DNA from: Callorhinchus milii
Taxonomy: Eukaryota
DNA: 64,000 nucleotides
Assembly: GCF_018977255.1 (NCBI RefSeq)
Contig: NW_024704743.1
Coordinates: 30,444,001 to 30,508,000, forward strand
Direction: 5' to 3'
Shown: positions 50,605-62,688 of the stretch, piece by piece
Numbering within the stretch: the first letter of the stretch is position 1
Layout: each line of letters begins with the position of its first letter
Translations under genes and position numbers: made by a program
The notes under the pieces: model-generated
The model's input: only the letters and a program-made list of their open reading frames with translations
Database searches by the model: none
What the model was told of the DNA's origin: nothing

Positions 50605-51944
50605 CTGAGAGCAAGTAATCAATGAAGCACTTTAACTCTTCTTTAATTAAAAGCAGTTTGTATCATGCAAATAGTTCCTGACAAAAGCGGGAGGAATGCA
50701 CTAACAGCACTGAGAATCAGTGGTGCGCAGCCAAGGCGAAAATTTGCATTTCTATTCCTGATCACCGTCTTTGTTAGAACTGGGATCCAACATTCTTTAC
50801 TTTAAATTGACCGGGGACTCTACCAAAAGGCAGTGTGTTTATTTATCCAATGCCTTATTTTTGTATGCAACTGTGTGTTTGTTGTTTGCAGCTCAAACGC
50901 TTTGGGACGCTACCCTGTGTGAGGCTATATAAATGCAGGTTGTTGTTGCGTTGGTGGATGAATGGACAAATGTTTGACAATTGGTTTCAGCCAATACTAC
51001 TGAGAGAAAATGCCGAGGTGAACTGGTGGCTCCTTTCACACAGGAAGCCCAGAGACACGTTTTCTAACTTTACTTTCATTGTAAAAATGGGGAAAGTTAC
51101 AGTGGCCTAAGTGCATAAAGGCAATGTAGCAAAAGCTTCCCCTTGCTCGGTACCCAACTTTATATAGCATTCTGAGAGGTAATTGTTACAGGTATGAATC
51201 CTGGTCTGTGCTTACTTAACAGATCTCATGTGGGTCGCTGTTGGGGACTTCAATTGGTCTGAGCACCCCTGGTTTATGAGGGGATGTAAGCCAGATTTCT
51301 ACATTCCCAATAACTCTCCAGAGAACTATCCAGAGATTTCTGGTGTTCAGAGGATATGCACAGACTGTACTGAGGGCACAATTGGGCATCGGCTTTGTGG
51401 TTAAAATGGCCTGCCAATACTCACACAAGTAAGGTTTTTTGGTCAGCTGGGTGTCTGGCACATGAGGAGTTCCATGTGTACTCATGGAACTTTCCTTGTT
51501 TTGGGTAGGTTCCCAGAGGAATACAAACATTGATTTCATAGAGACAGACAATTGACAGAACAACAGTAACTATCCCTGCATGCCATTAGATATTCAGCCA
51601 CCATCTTTATCTGGAGAACACCTAGTAGAACACAATATTTCCTCAAGTTACTTTCTTTCTGCTGTGCCTTCTCCCAGATGAATAATGAACTGGTGTTGCA
51701 AGCTACATGTTTGTAGGCAATGCAGGCTACCGTGACAAGCATGGAATAGCACAGGCAAAACTGGCTGGTAGGAACGTTAGATCACGCAATGAGAACAGGT
51801 GCCTCTTTTGGCAGCACAGAACCCACAACAATACATCTCTGCTGCTCAGATAGATAAATCAGGGATAGATGCAAACATAGGAAATGGCTTCTGTGTCCTA
51901 TGGACACTAGTTTGCTTAGTAGCCATCCACCAATGCTGCTCCTT

Positions 51945-52680
51945 CAACAACAACAAGATTACATTTGTATAGCCCCTTACACATCGGGAGGACGTCCCAA
52001 GGTGCTGGACAGTGTACAGCATTTCAGACCCGAGCTGAGGTCAGGGGTGGAGTAGGGAGAGGAGGGGAAGGGGGTGGCTGATGGCATGGTCAAAGAGGAG
52101 GATCTTGAAGCGGGACTTGAAGGAGGTTAAGGAGGGGGCGAGGCGGAGTGATTGGGGGATGGATTTCCAGAGGTTGGGGGCAGAGTGGCTGAAGGCTCTC
52201 CCACCAATGGTGGAGCGGGTGGGTCAGGGGACGTGGAGCAGGCCGGAGCCGGCTGAGCGGAGGGAGTGGGCGGGTTGGTAGGGGCTTAGGAGGTCGCAGA
52301 GGTAGGGTGGGGTGAGGCCGTGGAGGGCTTTGTAGGTGAGGACCAGGATCTTGAACTGGATTCTCTGAAGGATAGGGAGCCAGTGGAGTCGGGCAAGAGT
52401 GGGGGAGATGGGTCAGAGTTTGGTGCGGGAGAGGACACATGCTGCAGAGTTCTGGACTAACTGCAGCCTGTGGAGGAAGGAGTTGGGAAGGCCGACAAGC
52501 AGGGCGTTTGCAGTCAAGCCTGGAGGTGATGAAGGCACGAACAAGAGTTTCAGTGGCTTGAGGGGTGAGGTAGTGGCGGAGTCGGATGATGTTACGGAGG
52601 TGACGGATGGCTTGGATGTGGGGAAGAAGATAGTTGAGGGTCAAACAAGATACCTAGGTTCCTGACTGGGGAACCGGGGG
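51945..52680 (-). mobile_element. 5'-truncated L2 LINE
   Basis: VRNLGILFDPQL, HLRNIIRLRHYLTPQATETLVRAFITSRLD and an L2 tail with (TTG)n. Confidence 0.93.
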
Positions 52681-53620
52681 AAGCACAGAGTAAGTCACAA
52701 CAACAACAACAAATATTTATAGAATACTCTTCATGGTAGGATAACGACCAAGATAACCTAATTCCTTTCTTGGTGCCCACTAATTCCTTGCTTGGTGCAC
52801 AAGCCTGCCATTGGCTTTACAATGGTATGGGTGGGGGTCAAACAAGGGAGCAGGGAGGGGTGACCATTGGCGCAGTTGAAGGCGTAGGTTTTAAGGCATA
52901 TTTTAAAGACAGATCGAGGAGGAGCAAGAAGTAGGCATAGAGAGAGGAAGTTCCAGACTTTAAGGGCATAGTGACTGATCACAACCAAGAGAAGAGTTTC
53001 ACATCAACAAGGAACATATAACGTGAAACATGCTCATGCCCCATCAATGCTGATTGCCATACACAGCCCCACATTAAAAAACTGCTCTGTAAAGAGTTGG
53101 GTAAGAGCAGAATTAGACTTGGGTGTGATTCCTCTTGCCCCCTTCCCCCCACACCATGGTCGAAAAATCTGTTGGCATTCACTATCACCTAAACAGCGGC
53201 CGGTTGGCTGAGTGATCAGCATGCTTGTAACTGTACAAAGGAACTTTCAAGCGAGAGGAGATGGAGGGGAGAAAATTAGCTGGGAAAAAGCTTTAATGCA
53301 CTAAAATTTATTTTCACTGAAGATTTTAACTCAGTTTTCAGAAAATAGAAATGCTGAGAATCCATGAAATATAGACAATCCATCTGTATCTCACTCTCTC
53401 CGCCATTATCCCCTCCTGACACACATCTACATTGTCGCTATATATAACAAACACAGGAATGTCAGACCGATAGCTTGTAATACTTCAGCATGGAAAATAT
53501 CCAAAGCCTTTACTCCTCCCTTGGCTGGTCTGTCATTGCTGCTGTAGCAGTTCCATGTGGAATTATTAGATACTGTAAATTGTTACAGTCAAGCTATCTG
53601 ATTGGCGGGGACAGCCAGAA

Positions 53621-54507
53621 CTAATGCTGGATAAATGCTTGGACTTTTAACAAGGAGTTGAGCAGATCTAAAGTGTTATCACCCAAGATCTTTAACTCCC
53701 ACAATTCGCTCGTGGTTGCTTTTATCCTGTCCACTTATGGTTATAAAGGACATTCCAGAGCGGTTTTATGCTGGAATATGGGACCTTGAACTGATTAAAG
53801 CAATCAGCTGCTCCTCATGCTTTAATCAGCTCTCAGTCTTTCACTCCTCCCTCAGACACACTGGAATGGTCAGTCCTAACATGAATGGCATTTCAATAAA
53901 GATCGTTTGTAATGAACTGGATTTTAACGTGAAGATTTTATTTTCTAAAATCTAAAGTCTAAAACTGCAGCATTTCTTCACCTCGGCACAGTATACAATT
54001 GTAGGTCCGTTTGGAATATTTTTGTTTGAAAGAAATTACGCAAAACACATTTTAATGAAAATGACATTAAAAACTAAATTTGAATTGGTAACTGAAAGTT
54101 GGCGATTTCTAATTGGAGAGAATTGTGGTGAGATTTGCTAAGCAGCAAATTGTAAATCACGACGACAACTTGTGATAAATACAGAACACAGTATATACTG
54201 TGAAGCGCTTTAAGACGTCTTGAAGTCGTGATAAGACACTTTATCAAATGCAAGGATTATTATTATAGCTTGCATTTATATTGGACCATTCACTTAGGAT
54301 AATGTTTGAGCACATTACAGTGACAAGAAAGTCGGGAATGTTTTAAAAAGGCCAAGGAGGAGAGCAAAATGCCCATCATGGCCACTCTTATTACAGACTT
54401 ACTTCTAATGCAGGATAAAAGCCTGCACTTTAAGGTGTTCAGCAGATCTAAAGTGATAGCACCCAAGATCTCAAATTTCTAGGACTGGTTCATAGTTGCT
54501 TTTATGT
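53621..54507. repeat. Two copies of a ~105-bp internally palindromic element (53621-53729, 54405-54507)
   Basis: Shared CTAATGC.GGATAAA.GC.TG.ACTTT, AGCAGATCTAAAGTG.TA.CACCCAAGATCT and GTTGCTTTTAT blocks. Confidence 0.85.
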
Positions 54508-55967
54508 CTTTTGGTTGTTAATTTGATAAGTAATTGCCCATCTATCAATCCCCAAATCCAATATTCATAACAACAACAACAACAAGATTCCATTTATAAA
54601 GCGCCTTTCACGTCAGGAGGACGTCCCAAGGCGCATAAACCAAACAGAGCAACGCAAACCTGGTTTGCGCATCTCTCATTTCATTGTTCCACAGTAGAAC
54701 ATATTTGTCATATTATCCCCATCACTTGGCTTATTGAAGTAACATAAAATAAATAATTCTTACATTTGACATAGCACCTTTCATGTTGGGAGGACATCTC
54801 CAAAGCACGTTGCAGAAGATACTGTAAACTAGAAGACATGAAAAGCGCTATATCAAATGCAAGGATTATTATTACTATTATAAACTGTAGTGACTGTTTT
54901 GATGATTGTACTGTATTTCACAATGAACTGTTTCTTTAAGGTCTTGCCTGTCTGCTCAAGTACAAAAAGGCCATCAATTGGCAGATTTAATCTGTTTATA
55001 AAATGATCTTGAATGGAGATGTGACTCATTGCAGACAAGAGACATAATATAGTTTCACGTCCAGTGAAAAATGGACCGGAGTAAAATTGTTTTGATGAGG
55101 AAAATGAACACCAGGGCTGCCTTAAATGTGTTTGGAGTGTCACAGCAAGGCCAGCACATCAAGGTTGCACAAATGTTTCCTAGTACTTTCAATGAACGAG
55201 CGAGCACATATTTCAAATGATAGCTCTGTCACTTGCTGATAATAAGAACTTAGCCAATTTCTGTATACACACACACACACTCCTTCAAACTCTATAGTAA
55301 AAACCTATTTGCAGCAAATGGTTAAGAGTTTCTAAAATGAGCTGCACTTCCCATACATTTCAGCACAAAATATCACAAGGTGGACTTTCCAGTACATTTC
55401 CATTGACAACATTTTGATTGCATTTCCATGTGTCCGCTACAGATAGATGGAAACTGTTTCCGAAACCTGGAGAGTTTCCGACACCACAGAGCACCATTAA
55501 CAGCACCTAACACCCAGCTCGATCCTTTCTCAACCAACATTTTGTCCAATTTAGATGGCCAACATTTATTTCCTGCACTAAAAAAAACCTCTGCATTCCA
55601 TCAGCACGCAACACACGTTTCAGTTTCATCTATTCCTCTACCTAATATACTCCTGTTACTGCCAACGAGGTGATGTGCATTTCAGCTGAGCTACAGATGA
55701 GTCTTTCAACTAAAAACACATATCCGGTAACTGTAAAGGTGACTGCAGATAAGATTGCACATATTCAGGCCATGACCTCTTCAGTCACCTTTCAGCTAAA
55801 GTTCATCAGTTCCTTCCTCACAAGCTTATATCATAATTCATAGCCAATGAACCGAGGAGTAACTGAGAAAACACATTTACCATTATACAGCAAGAAAAGA
55901 TTACAAGAAACATTGAAACCACATCGCTGATAAGCACTCCGAGAAGCTACACACGTGAAGGGCATTA

Positions 55968-56320
55968 TCAACCTGTACGCTCCCTCCGCTTGGCTGGCTT
56001 CAGCCTGCTCCGTGTCCACCACCCGGCCTACCCCACCAACAGCGGTCGGGCTTTCAGCCTCTCTGCCCCCAGCCTCTGGAACTCCATCCCACATTCCCTT
56101 CACCTAGCTCCCTTCCTTGCCTCCTTCAAGGCACGTCTCAAGACCCTCTTCTTCAACCATGCCTTCGGCCACCCTCCTACCCTCTCTGTCCTCCAACCTC
56201 CCTGATCCCAAGGCCCCCACCCACCCCCGCTCGGGTCCTAATCTTTGACTGTTTAGCACCTTAGGAAGTCCTCTGAACATGAAAGGCGCTTTACAAATGA
56301 AATGTTGTATTGTATTATTT
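55968..56320 (+). mobile_element. L2 LINE 3' end
   Basis: SGRAFSLSAPSLWNSIPHSL...SFKARLKTLFF; tail GAAAGGCGCTTTACAAATG..(TATTG)n. Confidence 0.93.
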
Positions 56321-56673
56321 AAATGCAAATTGCTGTACAGGGTACCTCAAAGTTGACTTAGCCTGTCAACTATCACAGTCCTAGGATCCCCAAAGATCAT
56401 TAAACAAGCTAATGTAGTGACTAGGGGAGCCATACATACATGCGTGCATGCATGCATGCATACATCCGTACATGCATACACACACACACACACACAGGGA
56501 AGATATGTCACCTGAGTCAGAAGCAAAAACAGTAAGAATCTTGGGGAGGAAGATTCAACACAGCAAAAATTAAATGAAGTTTGACTCAAATCTGAATAAA
56601 AGATAAATTGTACCAGCTTCAGTGGACCTGACACAGGTCAAGCAATGTGCTACTGTACTCTGAACAACACGTA

Positions 56674-57389
56674 GGCTTATCTTATCTCACTACCCCCCAC
56701 ACATGGTGTAAACCTGAATTCATCATACTGTGCAGCTGATTCATTACCCTGTGGATATAGTGCTATATGTTTCAACACTTCACTTACCTCCATACATGCA
56801 TGCCCTCTGCAAGGATGCTGCTGAAAAAAAGTAATTGAAAGTGATTGCAAAAAGCCAGTGACATCTCCTAGCACATGGATTTTCAGTTTGCTTGATCAGA
56901 AACATTAGGCATTACTAAATGGGTATAATATTACAAAACACCCCTGATCGGCCTTATTTACAACAACAAATTACATTTGTATTTGTGAAAAGTGAAAGTG
57001 CCTTTCACATTGGGAGGATGTCCCATGGCGCTCATATACCCTAACAATATGGGGAGCAAAACTGAATTCCCTTCAAAGGTTCCTTGTGAGTAATATCTTC
57101 AATATCGGTGCATTTATTTAGGATCATGCCAGAGTATACTCAATCACATACTAGCACATGAACACTCACCCAGCACAGTGGAAAAGGCACTTCCAGTCAA
57201 TGAAGGTGAATTAGAGAGGCTAGTATCCAAGGTGACTCAGACCCAAGATCCTAGCAGAGGGCAGGCAGGAATGAAGGTAAGTAGAGTGTTGGAGCACATA
57301 GCAATTTATCCACAGTGTAATGAATCAGCTGCACAGTATGATGGATTCCACTTCACACCATGTGTGGGGGCAGGGAAATAGGATAAGCC
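56674..57389. mobile_element. Non-autonomous DNA-transposon-like element with ~143-bp TIRs and TA flanks
   Basis: Arms 56674-56816 and 57248-57389 are inverted copies (about 85% identical by eye); ends are TA|GGCTTATC...GATAAGCC|TA. Confidence 0.75.
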
Positions 57390-57967
57390 TATCACCAATA
57401 AAATCACTCGCTGTTGCTACTGAAAGCATGGGGAGAGACAAATTGCTTGTGAAGATGCAAAAATCTCACTCACTGATGGACTTTTATTGTACGCTTAGAG
57501 TGGCAGAGGATTGCAGGGAGTCTATAATGACAAGCTCTTGAGTGGTTGTCCTCGAGGCTAGTTTTAGCTACTGTTATGCCACTTCTAACTCATTCACACA
57601 CAAACAAGGTTTTTGGAAATGTTATCTCAATTGAGACTGGTAACTTTGGAATGTACTTGGATCAAGTGTTTATATTCCATCTCAATTCATTTCAAAGTCA
57701 ATTTGTAATGAATTATTCATTGCTTCATTGATTTGCATGATAGTCCATTAGTTTATGCAACTCCTAGCTACTCATGAGCCAAATGATCCTACTTTCACTC
57801 CCAGTGTTGTATGTCACAGTTGGGATAGCCAACATCTTGCAATGTCTTCAAGATGTGAAAGGGGCTGTATAAGTGTAACTTCTTGTTGTAGTCCATGGCA
57901 ATTCTCAACTGAGCCATTGGGGTGGAATGTTTTAGCTTAAGGAATGGTAAAAGCAAAGACTGACTTT

Positions 57968-58218
57968 TATAATAATAATCCTTGCATTTAGTATAATGCC
58001 TTTTATGTTAGGAGGATGTCTTAAAGTGCTTTACAGTATTTTGGTATTAAGTGTAGTCACTATGTATTTTGTAGGCAGCCAATTTGCACAAAGTAATATC
58101 CCATATACAGCCATGGAATGAATCACCAATTTTATTTGGGGGGGTGGGTGGGGAGTGTTGGCCAGGACATTAGGAGGAACTGCCTTCTCTTATTGAATAG
58201 TCCCATGGGATCTTTAAT
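57968..58218 (-). mobile_element. DeuSINE 3' part
   Basis: Tail, GCAGCCAATTTGCACA and GAATAGTCCCATGGGATCTTTAA. Confidence 0.8.
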
Positions 58219-59227
58219 AGGTCAAAAAAAGTTCCTGACGCCCTGAGCTGTATTGTACTATATACATTCAGCTCACTCACACATTGTGCTGCTCAAGCAA
58301 ACACCAATTTTATAATAACAAATGTACTGGATATCAGGAGGTTAATACAACATTAACTCTGAAATACAAAATAAAGCACATTTTAAATAACAGTAAGCAT
58401 TAGGTTTAACACTTCACCTCCCTTTTCCTCCCCCTTGGTCTTCCTATTCTCTTTCCTCATCTCACTCTGTCCTATTTCTACCTCACGTGAACGGCACTAT
58501 ATAAATATTATTATTATTATTATTACTATATTATTATTATTATTAAATGTAAGTTATGGTTATTTTCAATACACCATTAGGTACACCATAATGATGCATT
58601 TCAATAGCATCTGTAGAATCAAGTCTTGCATTTTACATGCAGATTAAAAATAAAGCTTGATAAATACTTAATCAATAATATCAATGATGCAACCCCTAGA
58701 AGCATTTTTATCATTTATTTTGCCTGAATACCTTTCGAGTAAGAGCAGTGTTGTTTGTGGCCTAAGGCTTGGAGCTACAGGGGCTCTTAAAAATGTCGGG
58801 GTCCAAAATGGCATTGTTAATGTACAACTGCAAAGTGAATATCCAGTTGTGAATATATTAATTACTGCAGGCGTACTCATAATAGACATTTTAAAAAGCA
58901 TAATGATTCACAATCCTTGTCTGTTACATAATGCCATTTCCTGTACTACACCATATTAATTAACATATTGAGTTGACCTCACTGTTCTCTCTATCCCCAT
59001 GTTATCCAGTTGTTGAATTTACCTGCAAATTTTACATAGGAATCCTGGAATAAGATGACTACTGCAGTTTGAGAAACTGTAAGTGGTCCATTGTTTCACT
59101 GCTTAGGAGCTTAACTCATTCCAATGTGAATAAATCCCTGTTTTTGAAAAGCAACACTCAAAAGATATCCATGCACAGCATCTTACCTTTTGTTATAGCC
59201 TAGTTCATCACATTCCTTCAAGATTTA

Positions 59228-59585
59228 GAGTTACCTAGTGATATAGCACAGAAACAGGCCATTCAGCCCAACCAGTCTGCACTTATGTTTTTACTCTACA
59301 CAAGCCTCTGTCCCTTCCTATTCCCTCCCATATATCTCTATATTCCCGTCTCCCTCATGTATGCATCAGGTGTCCTCTTAAATATATTGATGTATCTGTT
59401 TCAGCCAGAGCTTCCAGCAATGAATTCCCCATTTTGTGAAACAGTTCCTCCTAAACTCGCTATTAGATCTACTACTATCTATCATATGTTTCTGTCCTCT
59501 ACTTTTGGACTCACCAACCAATAGAAACAATCTGTCAACATTCACCTTATCAAATCCTTTCAGAATCTTGAACACCTCTACCAGG
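59228..59585 (-). mobile_element. CR1 3' end
   Basis: VFKILKGFDKVNVDRLFLLVGESKSRG; reverse tail GCACAGAAACAGGCCATTCAGCCCAAC. Confidence 0.9.
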
Positions 59586-62383
59586 TGTGAATGGGATGCA
59601 GATTATGTGCTGATATCACTCACATCATTTCAGTTTCAAGTAGGGCAATTTCAATTTCAGTTTCAAGTAGGGCGATTAAGGCAATTGGTCAAATCAAGTA
59701 GCATTTTCCACACCACACCAGGAAAATAAGATTGGTCTGCACCAGCTGTGGCAGTAAGGGGTGTGATCACCAATTGTAAAGACAGACAGAAAAGCTGGCC
59801 TTAATCCAGTACTAAATTGGCAATTGCACCCAGAGGGGACACAGAAAGGTTGGCGTGAAAAACTGTCACAGTGATAGGATAGTAAATCCTCTTCTGATGT
59901 TGTTGCAGCCTGTGTGGAGGGAGCTTCACTCAGCACCTAACTGTACCGTGTCTGATCTGAGAGAGCTTGATGTTGACTCTATGTGCTCAAAATGGGAAAT
60001 GTATCCTTTCCCAGCCTGAACATCCTCTCATAATGATAACCATAAACATTTGCTTGAAATAAATGAAAATTATTTCCTCTTCCCCCGTCTGATGTTACAG
60101 CTGCTCAAACCTGTAAAAACCACAAGGCAATGTTAAAGCTGGGGTGTTGCCACTGAATATTTAAAACTGACCTCACTATTTCCAGTTGAGGCACTGCAGA
60201 AAGTATTTTCTGTGTATGTCCTGGTGTGTCCTGTCACTAAATGCAAAACAGTCACTGGATAAAGTTTAAACCAAAGCTGAGAGTTATACATCAGAACAAG
60301 CCATGGATTTAGAGAAAACACAGCCGACTAAAGATTGATAGAAACGCTGCAAAGGGAGGTTAAAAATAAAATGTCAACTTTATCAATGAGGAACAGACAT
60401 TCATACAGAGAACAGGAGGGGAACAGGAGAAACAATTGTAATTAGAAAATTAAAGTCCATGGTTAGGTGGGAAGAGGGAGGGAAAGGGATCTAAATTGCA
60501 CGTTAGGTTAACAAGGTCTGGGCAAAGTTCCGGGTTGGGTTAATTGTGTGCAAAGTCAGGACTCTTGATTATGTAATTAACAATTAATGGTAAAACTTAC
60601 AGATTCCCCTGCAATCCTTTTCACTTGCTGTTATTACAGAGAGCCTTCTTGTTGTGTTTATTATAGTGCAGGCCAACAGCTCAGCGACTGTGCTATCATC
60701 AAAGTGCTAAAGACCGGCCATTGTCTGAGTCTTGGGGTCGCTGATCATGTCATTTCCTGCGAAATGTATGCTATGTGCACGAATTGCGGCTGACATCACT
60801 TCCTCGTGAGGCCAGCCGCTCTCGTTGCTCATAGACAATACGCAGGGAGTGACATCAACAGGGATCAGATCAACCAGAAGTTGGCCTATTTTTAAGTGTG
60901 CAAAACTGGCAAGTCAGTGCCGAAAGCCAGGTGGTGTAGATGGCACGGATCCACAGGAAACCAGCGTTACAAACAATGAGGCATGATACCGAAAAGTGGT
61001 ATAATGGGGTTATACTATATATAATTAAGGATACGTATAGTTCCCACCATACACATACATTTGCACATAGTTAACCTATCCTGCAAATTGGACCTCATTG
61101 TCACATTCAGTGAAATGGCTGAAGCAACTTCAAGATGCGTTATATGGGGCCTTCAACCTCTTTTCATCTTTCAGTGTTGCTTGAATGCTTTAATGGAACT
61201 GGAAAGTGTGATTAATCACTGAAAATGGCCAGCTTCCATGTTGCTGCTGTACTTCAGATTGTTTAGAGTTCCATTTGCAATGGATTATAGAGCTGGCTTT
61301 GGCGTGTATTGCTCAATACTGTAAGTTTAACAAATTTTCCTTACAAAATACACAGTCGCTACACTTCACAGTAAACCCTGTGAAACACTTTGAGACAACC
61401 TCGTAAAGTGAAATGTGCTATATTAAATTTAAGGATTATTATTAGATGTATTAAGTATACATAGATCAGCACTCATGGTCAAAGTCACAACACCCTGTTG
61501 TAATGAAGGTATGATCATATCCTGAAAGCAGCTATAGAACTGGTCTATTTCTATTGACAGTGTGGCAACACGTGTCATACAAGTCTTTAGTGAAGAAGGA
61601 AAGGGATGTATGCTCCACTGGGATTTACAGTGGAAATGAATCCATCAGTTAAAGGGAATCAAAACTTATGTGAACTGACATTTGTGCTGTAAGGCCAAGA
61701 GGTTCAGAAAAGGCTTCTGCTTCTTCACAGCCAAAATACAGACAAAGATAGACAGTGGTAACTTTTCAATTTAGAAAGATTTTCACTTTAACCTCGTGCA
61801 GTTTCTGTGTTCTCAAACTGCCCTTTTGCTTGTATCACAGGGAACATTGCTTCCTCTTTCCCGATTGGCCAAGTTTTGGACCACATACGGGCGACCCCCT
61901 GAATAGCACAATGAAAGCTGTTTCCTGTGTTTGGACAACTCCCTCTGTTCAGTGCTCTGCCCAGTGACATGCTATTCTGTCTACTAAGTGTCCCCTTTAC
62001 TTAAAGTGCAATGTTACATTACGAGTTTCACTGAGCTGGTTACAGTACTAGATCCTGTTAGTTCTGTGCACTTAGTGACCTTGTGAAAAAATGAGAAGGA
62101 AGTCCACATGACAGAACCCAAAGCTGCTGCTCTCTCTGTGGAATGGGGAGTTTACAGCCGACTGCACTATTAATGCCTCTAGTACTGCACTCACAACTTC
62201 GAGAAAACAATAATTTGTTATGTGAGTGACTGTAATAACTGATATCTTTCACAGCCCATTTAATTTTCTGCTCAAAAAGTTTTTGCAAGAAATTAAAAGG
62301 GCAAAAATACAATAGCTTTGCATTGATATATAGCGCCGATCATGTGGAGTAATATCTCGGAGCAATTGCCTGGATAAAAGTCA

Positions 62384-62688
62384 ATAAATAATAATAGTAA
62401 TCCTTGCATTTGATATAGCCCCTTATCATATCGTTGACATGTCTCAAAGCACTTCACAGAAAATACTGTAAAGTGTAGTGACTGCGTATTTTGTGGGCGA
62501 AACCCGGCAGCCTAGCAGTGTCCCACAAACGGTGGATTGAGTGAACATATTAGTATTATTTTTTTGAGGAATTATTATCCCCCAAAATGCGATCCTCCAA
62601 TGGACTAACAACTGGGTTCCTACTTACTGCTAGGTAAACAGAGGTGTGTGTGTGTGGAGTAAGAAAACTTGCTTAAGGTTTCGCCCTG
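62384..62688 (-). mobile_element. SINE family A long form lacking most of the tRNA head
   Basis: Homology runs from the (AAT)n tail to AAGGTTTCGCCCTG and then stops abruptly. Confidence 0.9.

Noticed and set aside
55755..55810. Minus-strand hammerhead CTGAAGAGGTCATGGCCTGAAT
   Set aside because: It has GAAT instead of GAAA, no stem I, and no convincing Penelope tail.
56677..57381. Two paralogous small proteins (HIA.YPQ.NESAAQYD)
   Set aside because: The similarity is fully explained by the DNA inverted repeat; there is no other coding evidence.
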